From an uncultured cyanobacterium (lineage in GTDB: Bacteria; Cyanobacteriota; Cyanobacteriia; Cyanobacteriales; CAWCAG01), in contig CAWDOD010000002.1 of assembly GCA_963803805.1 (NCBI GenBank), forward strand, positions 672,001 to 736,000: a DNA stretch of 64,000 nt. Direction: 5' to 3'. The notes beneath the pieces are model-generated. The model saw only the letters and a program-made list of their open reading frames with translations, ran no database searches and was not told the DNA's origin. Shown piece after piece: positions 9,856 to 20,669 of the stretch. Both the position numbers and the translations under genes were made by a program. The first letter of the stretch is position 1. Every line of letters starts with the position of its first letter.

Positions 9856-12496
9856 GTGTGGGAATATCTCAAAGTAATTTTCTCCCCTAGCCAGTATATG
9901 CCCCATGGCAACTGCTATTTATGGCAACCTTCTTTAGTTCTGCTCCACCTTGTTAGTGACTTACTAATTGCTGTTGCCTATTTCTCTATTCCACTGTTGC
10001 TAGTTTATTTTGTGTCCAAGCGGCAAGATGTTCCTTTTATGAGGATATTTTATCTGTTTGGTGCTTTTATCATTCTCTGTGGCGTTGGTCACTTATTGGA
10101 AGTTTGGACTCTTTGGCATCCTGCTTATTGGTTGTCAGGAGTAGAACAGGGAATGACAGCATTAGTTTCTTGTTATACTGCTCTTAGAATGGTAACTTTG
10201 TTGCCTCAATTTCTTTCTTTGAAAACCCCTCAAGAATTAGCAGCAATTAATCGAGAATTAGCAAAGCAGATTGAAATTAGTGAGGCAGCGAGAAAAGAAC
10301 AACAAAAAGCTGAACAAATTTTAAAAAATGTTGTGGAAGGAACGGCTTCAGCTACAGGAGAAGAGTTCTTTTTAGCTTTAGTAGAAAATTTGGCTAAAGC
10401 TTTGGATATTCGCTATGCTTTTGTAGCTCAAGTAATTAGCACTGAAGCAGAGAGGTTAGAGAGTCTTGCTTTTTGGGCGGAAAAGGAAATGGGAGAAAAT
10501 TTTGAATATAGCCTCGCTGGTACTCCCTGTGAACCGATTTTTCGCTCCGGCAAACCTTGCTACTACCCTCAAGGTGTGCAAGAACTTTTTCCTCAAGCAA
10601 CAGGGTTAAAAGCTATGGGGGCAGAGAGTTACTTAGGAGTACCTTTGTTGGATGGCAACAAAGAGGTTATTGGCACTCTGTGCATTAATAACAATGCTCC
10701 CTTGAAAAATCCTAAAACCGCCGAAGCGATTATGCTCATATTCGCTGCTAGAGCAGCAGCAGAATTGCAACGTCAAGCAGCAGAGTCGGCTTTGCGTCAA
10801 GCTTATGACGAGTTGGAGACGAGGGTACAAGAGCGTACTGAAGATTTAGTGACAGCTAATAATTTCCTCGCCAAAGAAATTGAAGAAAGAACTATTGCTG
10901 AATCTGCTTTAAAAAAAGTAGAAAGCCGCTTGAAAAGACAGCAAGCAGGATTAGTGGAATTAGCTACCAGCGAACATTTATATGCAGGAGAGATTAATAC
11001 GGCGATCGCCCAAATAACTCAATTAGCTAGTCGTATTCTAGATGTGGAAAGGAGTAGTGTTTGGTTTTTCAATAAAGATCAAGCAGCCATTATTTGTGCT
11101 GATCTCTATGAAAAATCTCCCCATCATCACAGTGAAGGTCAAAAAATAGCCTTAGCTGATTGCCCAAACTATTTTCAAGCTTTGGAACAAGAGCGAATAA
11201 TTGCTGCCCCTGACGTTTATACAGACTCGCGATTAATAGATTTTCAGGAATTTTATTTTAAGCCCCTAAATATTGTCTCCATGCTCGATGTAGCTATTTA
11301 TCTTAAAGGTGAAAAAATAGGGGTTGTTTGCTTAGAACATACGGGGGTAGCAGAAAGAAATTGGACCGTTGGAGAACAGAATTTTGTTAGTTACTTAGCT
11401 TACATGAGCGCTTTAGCCGTAGAATCTCACTATCGCAAACAAGCAGAAGAAGCCCTGCAACAAAAAAATCAGGAACTGATCACTACCCTAAAACAGCTTA
11501 AAACAACTCAAGATGAGCTTGTACAGTCGGAGAAAATGGCTGCTCTTGGCCAGCTTATAGCGGGGGTAGCCCATGAGATTAATACCCCTTTAGGAGCCAT
11601 TCGCGCTTCTTCTAGCAATACAGCTACTGCCTTAGAAGAAGCTTTAGAACGAGATACCCCAATTATCTCAAAAACTTTCTGCCGAAGAGCAAACCATTTT
11701 CTTTACCTTAGTTGATTGTGCTTGGCACAGGCATTCTCAAACAAGTTCCAAGGAAAAACGTCAGTTGAAGCGAACTTTAACTAAACAACTCCAATCACAG
11801 CAGATTGATGAACCTAGGCGTGTTGCCGATACTTTAATAGATATGGACGTTTGGGAAGATATTGACCGCTTTTTACCCCTTCTTAAAGCACCTGAAGTAG
11901 ATTGGACTCTTGAGTTAGCCTATAATTTAGTTCGCTTACAGAGCAACTCTCGCAATATTATTACGGCTGTAGAAAGAGCTTCTAAGGTGGTTTTTGCTCT
12001 CAAAAGCTATGCCCGTTACGATAAAAGCGACCAGAAAAGACTAGTTAAAATTACTGATAGTATTGAGACGGTTTTGGAGTTGTACTACAACCAAATCAAG
12101 CGAGGTGTTGAAGTAATTCAACAATACGATGCTCAATCTCTGCCCTCTATCTGGTGTTACCCCGATGAGTTAGTGCAGGTTTGGACAAACTTAATTCACA
12201 ATGGGATTCAAGCTATGGAAGGTCAAGGTGAGTTAACAATTAGTGTGGTGGAGCAAGCAGAAGATATTGTTGTCAAAGTTACAGATTCTGGTGGCGGTAT
12301 CTCCCCAGAAATACAAGAGCGCATCTTTGAACCCTTTTTCACAACTAAACCCATTGGAGAAGGAAGTGGTTTAGGATTAGATATTGTACGTAAAATTGTT
12401 GATAAGCACAAAGGGCGTATCGAGGTTGATAGTCAGCCTGGAGAAACGACTTTTAGCGTTTTCCTACCCAGACAACAACTGATAACTGAGCATTGA
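9856..12496 (+). CDS. Ethylene-receptor-like sensor histidine kinase (ETR1-type TM domain - 2xGAF - HisKA/HATPase), split by one frameshift near 11650
   Basis: SDLLIAVAYFSIP and FGAFIILCGVGH match the ETR1 ethylene-binding domain; H-box GVAHEINTPLG in ORF 9856-11715; removing one base near 11650 joins it via EIPQLSQKLSAEEQTIFF to ORF 11765-12496 (QVWTNLIHN, GEGSGLGL). Confidence 0.88.
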
Positions 12497-12502
12497 TAAC
12501 TA

Positions 12503-12922
12503 ATGACAGATACCGTAATTTTGTGTGTTGATGATGATGAAGTTGTTCTCGAAAGTATTAAAGAGCAACTGAAAAGGAAATTTGGCAGCAAATACCTTTA
12601 TGAGGTTGCTGATAGCGCAGAGGAGGGGTGGGAAGTTATTGAAGAATTGAGTCAGGAAAACTTGAGAATTGTGATTGTGGTTTCTGACTGGTTGATGCCG
12701 GAAATGAAAGGTGATGAATTTCTGATTAAGGTACATCAGAAATTTCCCAACGTTACTAATATAATGTTAACTGGTCAAGCTGATGAGTCAGCTATTGAAC
12801 GAGCTAAAAAAGATGCTAATCTGTTTTGTTGTTTGTCTAAACCTTGGAGTGAAGCAGAATTAACCGATGTACTGACCTCAGCATTAAAGAAGAATGAGCC
12901 ACCTAGCGATCCTATGCGTTGA
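12503..12922 (+). CDS. Single-domain response regulator
   Basis: ILCVDDD, VVSDWLMPEMKG, MLTGQA, KPW. Confidence 0.92.
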   Translation: MTDTVILCVDDDEVVLESIKEQLKRKFGSKYLYEVADSAEEGWEVIEELSQENLRIVIVVSDWLMPEMKGDEFLIKVHQKFPNVTNIMLTGQADESAIERAKKDANLFCCLSKPWSEAELTDVLTSALKKNEPPSDPMR

Positions 12923-14102
12923 TGACCAAAAAGTTATTTTAGACAGTCTCAAAGAACAGCTAAAGCGTAATTTGAAAGGAATTTATGAGTTGGAAATAGC
13001 AGAAAGCGCAGAAGAAGCTTTAGAAATTCTTGAGGAGTTAACAGAAGAGAGGGTTGAAGTTGCTCTGATTATTTCTGACCAAATTATGCCAGGAATGAAA
13101 GGTGATGAATTACTTATTAAAGTTCATCAACTCTATCCGCAAATTATAAAAATTATGTTAACGGGGCAAGCTGATGCTAGAGCAGTGGGAAATGTGGTTA
13201 ATAAGGCGAATTTATATCGTTATTTAGATAAGCCTTGGGAAGAAACTGACCTGATCTTAACAGTTAAAGAGGCCCTACGCAGTTACAGACAAAATCAACA
13301 GTTGGTAGAACAAAATAAAGAATTACAAAAGCTTAATAGTCAACTTCAACAGCTTAATAACTCCTTAGAAGAAAAAATTGCTGAACGTACCCAAGAATTA
13401 AGCAATGCTAATCTTAAATTAGAACGAAAAATTGCCGAACGCAAAATGGCAGAAACCGCCTTGCGTCTAGCTAGGCAAAGATCTGATAATTTGATTCTTA
13501 ATATTTTGCCTGCTAGTGTAGCGGAAAAGTTAAAGCAGGGTCAGAGTATTATTGCTGAACAATTTGATGAAGCAACTATTCTTTTTGCGGATTTGGTAGA
13601 TTTTACTCGCATAGCCGCTTTTGTTAAGCCTATTGAATTAGTCAATTTGCTTAATCAAATTTTTTCTGAGTTTGATGAACTAGCTGATCAGTATGGTGTA
13701 GAAAAAATCAAGACTATCGGCGATGAATATATGGTAGTAGCAGGAGTGCCAATTCCTCAAGAAAATGGTGCAGAAGCGATGGCCCAAATGGCTTTGGCTA
13801 TGGCTAAGGTGGTTAATAACTATCCGGGTTTGGATAATTTACCTTTAAAAATTCGCATAGGTATAAATACTGGCAAAGTGATAGCAGGAGTAATCGGGCT
13901 AAGAAGATTTAGCTATGATCTTTGGGGAGATGCTGTTAATATTGCTTCTCGTATGGAGTCATCAGGAATTGCTGGTAAAATTCAAGTAACTGTATCTACT
14001 TACCAGAAGTTGAAAGATAATTATATCTTGGAACCGAGGGGAAAAATTGCTATTAAGGGTAAAGGAAATATGATGACCTATTGGCTAGTTGGCAAGAAAT
14101 GA
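12894..14102 (+). CDS. Response regulator receiver - coiled coil - class III adenylate cyclase
   Basis: REC (IISDQIMPG, KPW) plus LFADLVDFT, KIKTIGDEYM, YDLWGDAVNIASRMES. Confidence 0.93.
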   Translation: MSHLAILCVDDQKVILDSLKEQLKRNLKGIYELEIAESAEEALEILEELTEERVEVALIISDQIMPGMKGDELLIKVHQLYPQIIKIMLTGQADARAVGNVVNKANLYRYLDKPWEETDLILTVKEALRSYRQNQQLVEQNKELQKLNSQLQQLNNSLEEKIAERTQELSNANLKLERKIAERKMAETALRLARQRSDNLILNILPASVAEKLKQGQSIIAEQFDEATILFADLVDFTRIAAFVKPIELVNLLNQIFSEFDELADQYGVEKIKTIGDEYMVVAGVPIPQENGAEAMAQMALAMAKVVNNYPGLDNLPLKIRIGINTGKVIAGVIGLRRFSYDLWGDAVNIASRMESSGIAGKIQVTVSTYQKLKDNYILEPRGKIAIKGKGNMMTYWLVGKK

Positions 14103-14191
14103 GATTTGCTAATAGCTAAACTATGGTGTAATCCTATGTCGGCTTTAGCCAAGATAAAAGTAAAACTGTTTATTCTTAATTAAATAGAATT

Positions 14192-14593
14192 ATGCACAAA
14201 AAAACCATTCTTTGTGTTGATGATGAGCGTATCATTTTAACTAGTTTGCGCGATCAACTTACTAATCATTTTGGCAAGCGTTATGAATATGAATTTGCTG
14301 AAAGTGTCGAAGAAGCTTTAGAAGTGATTGAAGAGTTGAATGAAGATGGTGGCGAAATCTTGATGATTGTTTCTGATTGGCTGATGCCGGAGATGAAAGG
14401 AGATGAATTTTTGATTAAAGTTCATCAACGTTTTCCGGAAATTGTTAAAGTACTTCTTACAGGGCAAGCTGATGATGAAGCGATTGAGAGAACAAAACAA
14501 CTAGCTAACCTTCATCGTTATTTACCCAAGCCTTGGGATGAAACTACTTTAATAGATGTTTTAGAGTCAGGGTTAGAGCAAAAAAATGAGTAA
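14192..14593 (+). CDS. Single-domain response regulator
   Basis: ILCVDDE, IVSDWLMPEMKG, LLTGQA, KPW; paralog of 12503-12922. Confidence 0.92.
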   Translation: MHKKTILCVDDERIILTSLRDQLTNHFGKRYEYEFAESVEEALEVIEELNEDGGEILMIVSDWLMPEMKGDEFLIKVHQRFPEIVKVLLTGQADDEAIERTKQLANLHRYLPKPWDETTLIDVLESGLEQKNE

Positions 14594-16064
14594 ACCGGTT
14601 ATTATTTGTGTTGATGATGAAAGAATTGTTTTAGTAAGTTTGCGAGATCAGCTTACTCAACATTTAGGTAACGAATATGAAATAGAATTAGCCGAAAGTG
14701 GTGAGGAAGCTTTAGAGATTTTTGCAGAGTTAGCTGAAGAGGAAGTTGAAGTTCCTTTAATTATTTCTGACCAAATTATGCCGGGGATGAAAGGGGATGA
14801 TTTATTGGTAGTAATTCAGAATCAACATCCCCAAACTTTGAAAATAATGCTAACAGGACAAGCTAGTGCTGAAGCTGTGGGCAAGGCAGTTAACCAAGCT
14901 AATCTCTATCGCTATATTACTAAACCTTGGCAAGCGGAAGATTTGAAATTAACGGTTAAAGAGGCTCTTAATAGTTATCAACAAGAGAAAAGATTGGCGG
15001 AGTATAGTCGTAATCTAGAAGTGAAAGTAGAAGAACGTACTATCGAATTACAACAAAAAAATGAAGAGTTAGCTCAAGCTCTACGGCAGTTACAATCTAC
15101 CCAACAAGAACTTATTCAATCAGAGAAAATGGCGGCTCTTGGTCAACTTATTGCTGGGGTAGCACACGAAATCAATACTCCTTTGGGAGCGATTAAGGCT
15201 TCTATTAGTAATATTGCCAACGCTTTAGAGAAATCATTACAACAACTACCTCAATTGTTAACTCAGCTTTCTGAACAAGAACAGGCAGATTTTTTTGCCT
15301 TAGTTGCAGCTAGTCAAAATAATACTGAACCCCTTTCCTTTCGTACAGAGCGTAAGTTAAAGCGTGCTTATAGACAAGAGTTGGAAGCTCAAAATATTGA
15401 GGATGCTGATACTGTAGCAGCTAATTTAGTCAAGATTGGGTTTAAATACGAACTTGCTCCCTTTTTACCTTTATTAAAATCTCCCTATAAATCTGCGATA
15501 TTGCACACTACCTATAATTTGGCTATGCAGCAAAGTAATAGTGAAAATATTAAATTAGCAGTAGATAGAGCCTCTAAAATTGTTTTTGCATTGAAAAGTT
15601 ATGCCCGCCAAGGACAGACTGGAGAAAAAATCAGAACTCAGGTGATAGAAGGAATTGACTTAGTACTAACTATTTATCACAATCAACTTAAACGAGGAGT
15701 AGATGTAACCAAAAATTATCAGGATATCCCCCCTGTCCTTTGTTATCCAGAAGAATTGAATCAGGTTTGGACTAATTTAATTCATAATGCTATTCAAGCT
15801 ATGAATAATAAAGGCAGATTAGCCATAACTGCTATTGAAGATAATGGTTATGTAGTTGTGCAAATAACTGATTCTGGTTGTGGGATACCTCCTCAAATCA
15901 AAGAAAATATCTTTAAGCCCTTTTTTACCACCAAATCTGCTGGAGAAGGTAGTGGTTTAGGATTGGATATTGTTAGTAAGATTATTGATAAGCACCAAGG
16001 CAAAATTGCAGTAGAAAGTAAGCCGGGATGTACTACATTTAAGGTTTGGTTGCCGATTAGCTGA
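14586..16064 (+). CDS. REC - histidine kinase (hybrid)
   Basis: N-terminal REC, SEKMAALGQLIAGVAHEINTPLG, QVWTNLIHNAIQAM, GEGSGLGL. Confidence 0.93.
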   Translation: MSKPVIICVDDERIVLVSLRDQLTQHLGNEYEIELAESGEEALEIFAELAEEEVEVPLIISDQIMPGMKGDDLLVVIQNQHPQTLKIMLTGQASAEAVGKAVNQANLYRYITKPWQAEDLKLTVKEALNSYQQEKRLAEYSRNLEVKVEERTIELQQKNEELAQALRQLQSTQQELIQSEKMAALGQLIAGVAHEINTPLGAIKASISNIANALEKSLQQLPQLLTQLSEQEQADFFALVAASQNNTEPLSFRTERKLKRAYRQELEAQNIEDADTVAANLVKIGFKYELAPFLPLLKSPYKSAILHTTYNLAMQQSNSENIKLAVDRASKIVFALKSYARQGQTGEKIRTQVIEGIDLVLTIYHNQLKRGVDVTKNYQDIPPVLCYPEELNQVWTNLIHNAIQAMNNKGRLAITAIEDNGYVVVQITDSGCGIPPQIKENIFKPFFTTKSAGEGSGLGLDIVSKIIDKHQGKIAVESKPGCTTFKVWLPIS

Positions 16065-16094
16065 AGATAATTTAACTTCTAGAGGGATAAAACC

Positions 16095-18011
16095 ATGAGC
16101 AAACCCGTGATTATTTGCGTAGACGATGAGAAAGTTGTCTTAGTGAGTCTACGAGATCAACTTGCTCAAAATCTAGGGGATGACTATGAAATAGAACTAG
16201 CAGAAAGCGGTGAAGAAGCTTTAGAAATTTTTGAGGAATTAACCGCAGAAGGTATTGAAGTTCCGGTAATTATTTCTGACCAAATTATGCCCGAAATGAA
16301 GGGAGACGAACTTTTACAAGAGATTCAGCAACAACATCCCCAAACTTTGAAAATAATGCTGACAGGACAAGCTAGTGCTGATGAGGTTGGTAATGCAGTT
16401 AATCATGCTAAATTATATCGCTATATCTCTAAGCCTTGGCATATTGAAGATTTAACTATGACGGTTAATGAAGCTCTCAATAGCTATTTCCAGAAAAAAC
16501 AGTTAGAAAGGTTCAGTAGTCAGCAAAAAGCCTTAATTACTCAACTTAAAGAAAATGAAAGTCGTTTGAATCAGTTTTTAGAAGGAATGCCTGTGGGAGT
16601 TGCTGTTTTAGATGGAAAAGGGCAACCTTATTATACCAACCACAAAGCCCAGGAGCTTTTGGGTCAAGGAGTTTTACCAACTATTCAAACAGAACATATA
16701 CCAGCAGCTTATCAACTTTATAAAGCTAATACTGATTGTCTTTATCCGGCAACAGAATTACCAATTATTCAAGCTTTACAAGGGAAGAGTGTCGTTAACA
16801 ACGATATAGAAATTCACCAAGATAGTAAAGTTATCCCTTTAGAAACTTGTAGCACTCCTATTTATGATAAACGAAAAAACGTCGTTTATGCTATGGCTGT
16901 TTTCCAAGATATTAGTCAAAGGAAAAAAGCAGAAAAAGTACTAGCTGAATATAATCAAACCCTAGAAACTCAGGTTCAAGAAAGAACTTTAGAATTAAAA
17001 CAGAAAAATCAACAATTAGCCACTACTCTCGAAGAACTACATACCACCCAAGAAGAATTGATTCAAACCGAAAAAATGGCTGCTCTTGGCCAGCTTGTTG
17101 CCGGTGTTGCCCATGAAGTTAATACTCCTTTAGCTGCTATACGTTCTTCGGGAGAATATATTGAAAACTTTTTAGTTGAAAATCTAGAAAAGATACCAAC
17201 TTTATGTCAAAAAATACCTTCAGAATATTATGATATATTTGTTTCTTTGTTAAAGGAGTCGAAGCAAAAAAAAATACCCCTTTCTTCTCGTGAAAAGCGT
17301 CAATTAAAAAAACAATTAGCTCACCAACTAAAAGAGTATCAAATTGATGATTATACTAATGTTGCCAATACATTAGTTAATATTGGTGTAGAAGATAATT
17401 TAGAATCTTACCTGCCTTTATTACAGGATAGTAGAGGGGAAATGATTTTAGAAACTGCCTATAATTTAGCTAATTTGCGGAAGAGTTCAACTATAATCAC
17501 CACCGCTACAGAAAGAGCCGCTAAAGTTGTTTTCGCTTTAAAAAGCTATGCTCGTTACGATCAATCGGGAAATAAAAGACAAGCTGATTTAATTCAAGGT
17601 ATTGAAACAGTATTAACTCTCTATCATAATCAATTAAAACAAGGAGTGAAAGTCCAACGCAACTATACCGAAGTTCCCTTGATTTTATGTTATCCTGACG
17701 AACTGAATCAAGTCTGGACTAACTTAATCCACAATGCTCTTCAAGCCATGAAAAATAAAGGAGAATTGATTATTGAGGTAGTTAAGGAAGAAAATCAAGC
17801 GAAAGTTAGCTTTACTGACACAGGAAAAGGGATACCAGAAGATATTAAAAACAAAATATTCAAACCTTTTTTTACTACTAAACCTCCAGGAGAAGGAAGT
17901 GGTTTAGGATTAGATATTGTTAGTAAGATCGTTGATAAGCATCAAGGACAAATCACTTTCGAGAGTGAACAGGGATGTACAACATTTACTGTTTGTCTAC
18001 CAGTTATTTGA
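16095..18011 (+). CDS. REC - PAS - histidine kinase (hybrid)
   Basis: REC nearly identical to the previous gene, PAS (FLEGMPVGVAVLDGKG...AVFQDISQRK), AHEVNTPL, GEGSGLGL. Confidence 0.93.
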   Translation: MSKPVIICVDDEKVVLVSLRDQLAQNLGDDYEIELAESGEEALEIFEELTAEGIEVPVIISDQIMPEMKGDELLQEIQQQHPQTLKIMLTGQASADEVGNAVNHAKLYRYISKPWHIEDLTMTVNEALNSYFQKKQLERFSSQQKALITQLKENESRLNQFLEGMPVGVAVLDGKGQPYYTNHKAQELLGQGVLPTIQTEHIPAAYQLYKANTDCLYPATELPIIQALQGKSVVNNDIEIHQDSKVIPLETCSTPIYDKRKNVVYAMAVFQDISQRKKAEKVLAEYNQTLETQVQERTLELKQKNQQLATTLEELHTTQEELIQTEKMAALGQLVAGVAHEVNTPLAAIRSSGEYIENFLVENLEKIPTLCQKIPSEYYDIFVSLLKESKQKKIPLSSREKRQLKKQLAHQLKEYQIDDYTNVANTLVNIGVEDNLESYLPLLQDSRGEMILETAYNLANLRKSSTIITTATERAAKVVFALKSYARYDQSGNKRQADLIQGIETVLTLYHNQLKQGVKVQRNYTEVPLILCYPDELNQVWTNLIHNALQAMKNKGELIIEVVKEENQAKVSFTDTGKGIPEDIKNKIFKPFFTTKPPGEGSGLGLDIVSKIVDKHQGQITFESEQGCTTFTVCLPVI

Positions 18012-18389
18012 TTTTTAGCAATAATCCTGTTTGGTTGCATAGGTTATTTGTGGAGGCAGTGAGTAGGCAACACCTCAGTAGGGGTTAAAAACTTGATTTC
18101 TTGGATTTTATAAAGGTGCTTTAATCACCGAATTTGGCATCATATAAATTCAGACTATAGATGCAGGTGTTTCTAGAAAGATTCTGCTAATTGTATAACT
18201 TAATTAGTACTTATTGAAAGCTTTTATATAACCTTAGAGAGAAGTCAACTATATTAAACTTATTTAACGTAATACATCGTCAGATAGAAGAATTATTAGG
18301 GTAAAAATTACTAGAATTTAAGGTGATAGCGCAAACAACAACGCAGCGCCAAATAAAGCAGAAATAACCGATAAGGAGTTTAAGATATC

Positions 18390-18572
18390 ATGAGTATCGA
18401 AGATAGAGCAAAAGCAACAGCTAAGAATATTGAAGGTAAAGTACAAGAAGCCGTAGGTGAAGTTACAGGAGATCCTGAAGATAAAGCAGAAGGACAAGCT
18501 AAGCAAGCTGAAGCAGAAATTGAACATTCAGTAGAAAATGTGAAAGATAAGCTTAAAAAAGCGATTGATTAA
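18390..18572 (+). CDS. csbD: CsbD family stress protein
   Basis: MSIEDRAKATAKNIEGKVQEAVGEVTGDPEDKAEGQAKQ; AAGGAG RBS upstream. Confidence 0.9.
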   Translation: MSIEDRAKATAKNIEGKVQEAVGEVTGDPEDKAEGQAKQAEAEIEHSVENVKDKLKKAID

Positions 18573-18669
18573 TCGTTTTTTTAAATTGAAGGGTTGAGTG
18601 AGGAGTTTTCAAGCTCCTTGCTTTATTTTGTATATTGTAAAAGTTATCGTCAATTGAGGAGAAAAAACT

Positions 18670-19047
18670 TTGAATAATGATGCTGAGGTAGCAGCTAAAT
18701 ACACAGAAAAAAATAGCCTTCCTGGAGAAGAAGTGATTACAGAAACTACAGGAATAAGCGATCGCAATACAGGCATTGGCAAAGTATTAGAGGATGTAAA
18801 AGAAAATCATGCTATAAGTGAATCTACTACCGGAGGCGATTTAGATACTAACCAATACCAAGCTTCTGTAGTTGGGGAAGAAGCGATTGGCGGTACAACT
18901 CCAACTCCCGCCCAGAACAATATAGATGAAATGGCAGCTTCGGCTGGGGTAGAAATGAGTGATGTGGAAGCTGTACAAATGAAATCTAAATTAGAAGAAC
19001 GAGATGAAGATCGTTGGGAATTAAATCGTAATTCAGCAGAACAATAG
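18670..19047 (+). CDS. Conserved acidic hypothetical protein (DUF6335-like)
   Basis: TGGDLD...A.VVGEEAIGGTTPTPAQNNIDEM..SAG...KLEERDEDRWELN pattern. Confidence 0.7.
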   Translation: MNNDAEVAAKYTEKNSLPGEEVITETTGISDRNTGIGKVLEDVKENHAISESTTGGDLDTNQYQASVVGEEAIGGTTPTPAQNNIDEMAASAGVEMSDVEAVQMKSKLEERDEDRWELNRNSAEQ

Positions 19048-19359
19048 ATCCCTAAGTAGCGATGCGGCAAAAACAGTGTCGCTATTTTATTAGCTTTTAA
19101 CCTGAACTTGAGATTTGCGACGGCGACAACGTTCAGAACAGTACTTCACTTCTTGCCAACATTTTTCCCATTTTTTGCGCCAAGAAAAAGGGCGATTACA
19201 AACAGGACAGATTTTTGGAGGTAAATTAGATTGGGAATACTGGCGTGCCATTCTTTAAATATAAATGCAGTTTTTTAAACAGAGCCGAATTATGCCAAAT
19301 TCTTGCTTTATGGGAAGATGGATTATAGTTGATTATTAAGAAAAAGCAAAGATTAAATT

Positions 19360-19695
19360 ATGGCAGAGATCCAGTTTTCTAAAGGAATCACTGAAGAAGC
19401 CGTACCTGATGTACGCCTTACTCGCGCCCGCGATGGTGAAAGCGGTACAGCCACTTTCTATTTTACCAATCCTAAAGCCTTCAGTGCTGAGAGTACTGAA
19501 GAAATTACTGGTATGTATTTAATTGATGAAGAAGGAGAGATTGTTACTAGAGAGGTTAAAGGCAAATTTGTTAATGGGCAACCTCAAGGACTAGAAGCTA
19601 TTCATTTAATGAAAACTCAACAGGAATGGGATCGTTTTATGCGCTTTATGGAACGCTATGCTGAACAACACGACTTGGGATTCAGTAAATCATAA
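19360..19695 (+). CDS. psb28: Photosystem II reaction centre protein Psb28
   Basis: [26 protein letters not shown]...[13 protein letters not shown]. Confidence 0.96.
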   Translation: MAEIQFSKGITEEAVPDVRLTRARDGESGTATFYFTNPKAFSAESTEEITGMYLIDEEGEIVTREVKGKFVNGQPQGLEAIHLMKTQQEWDRFMRFMERYAEQHDLGFSKS

Positions 19696-19721
19696 ATTTG
19701 TGTTTGTTGATTCTAGATTAG

Positions 19722-19769
19722 AAACCGGGCAGCTTATATTGTTAATGATGAAAGTTTGTCCGGTTTTTT
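19722..19769 (+). terminator. Hairpin plus T-tract after psb28
   Basis: AAACCGGGCAGCTT...AAGTTTGTCCGGTTTTTT inverted repeat. Confidence 0.55.
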
Positions 19770-19774
19770 CATAA

Positions 19775-20575
19775 ATGAACAACGAATCCCTGAAAAAAGA
19801 GCGCCAATTTCACGATGCTTGGGCTGCGGCTATTGATGTTGAAGGTATTCAAGTAAGAGACTATTTTGAAGCTTGTACAGCCCCTGAAAACCGCTTCATA
19901 GTGAAACATTTAGGGGATGTTCAAGGGAAATACCTCTTGGATTTAGGTTGTGGTGCAGGAGAAAATAGCGTCTATTTCGCTCGTCAAGGGGCTAAATGTT
20001 TAGCGGCAGATTGGTCTGAGGGTATGGTAGAAGTAGCCCTCAAATTAGCTACAAGCAATGGAGTAGAGATTGCTGGTTGCACTGCCAACGCTATGGCTTT
20101 AGAATTTCCTGACGAAACTTTTGATATTGTCTACGCCGCTAATTTATTACATCACATCCCCAATCCTCAACTAGCTCTTCAAGAAATGCACCGTGTTCTC
20201 AAACCAGGAGGAAAAGTTTGTTTCTGGGACCCATTAAAGCATAATCCCATCATTAATATCTATCGTTCTATGGCAACAGAGGTGCGTACAGAAGACGAAC
20301 ACCCTTTGGATATTAGTATTGTTAAAGATTTAGAATCTCTTTTTTCTCAACTTCAATACGATACTTTTTGGTTAGCTACTCTGTGGATCTTTTTGCAGTT
20401 TTACTTAATAGAAAAAATCAACCCTAACCAAGAAAGATACTGGAAGAAGATTATTCTTGAACAAGAAAGGTTAAAACCTCTTTATCAGAAGTTAGAAAAA
20501 CTAGACCAAGTTTTTAAAAAGCTGCCTTATTTACGTCGTATGTGTTGGAATTTAGCAGTGGTAGCAACGAAGTAA
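19775..20575 (+). CDS. Class I SAM-dependent methyltransferase
   Basis: LLDLGCGAG, FDIVYAANLLHHI, RVLKPGG. Confidence 0.9.
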   Translation: MNNESLKKERQFHDAWAAAIDVEGIQVRDYFEACTAPENRFIVKHLGDVQGKYLLDLGCGAGENSVYFARQGAKCLAADWSEGMVEVALKLATSNGVEIAGCTANAMALEFPDETFDIVYAANLLHHIPNPQLALQEMHRVLKPGGKVCFWDPLKHNPIINIYRSMATEVRTEDEHPLDISIVKDLESLFSQLQYDTFWLATLWIFLQFYLIEKINPNQERYWKKIILEQERLKPLYQKLEKLDQVFKKLPYLRRMCWNLAVVATK

Positions 20576-20669
20576 TCTTATTTACTCAAACTCTAGGATA
20601 ATAAGCTTATCTATAGAGAAATATGTGTATATACTCAAATATATGTAAAAATACTGAAAATGCAATACG

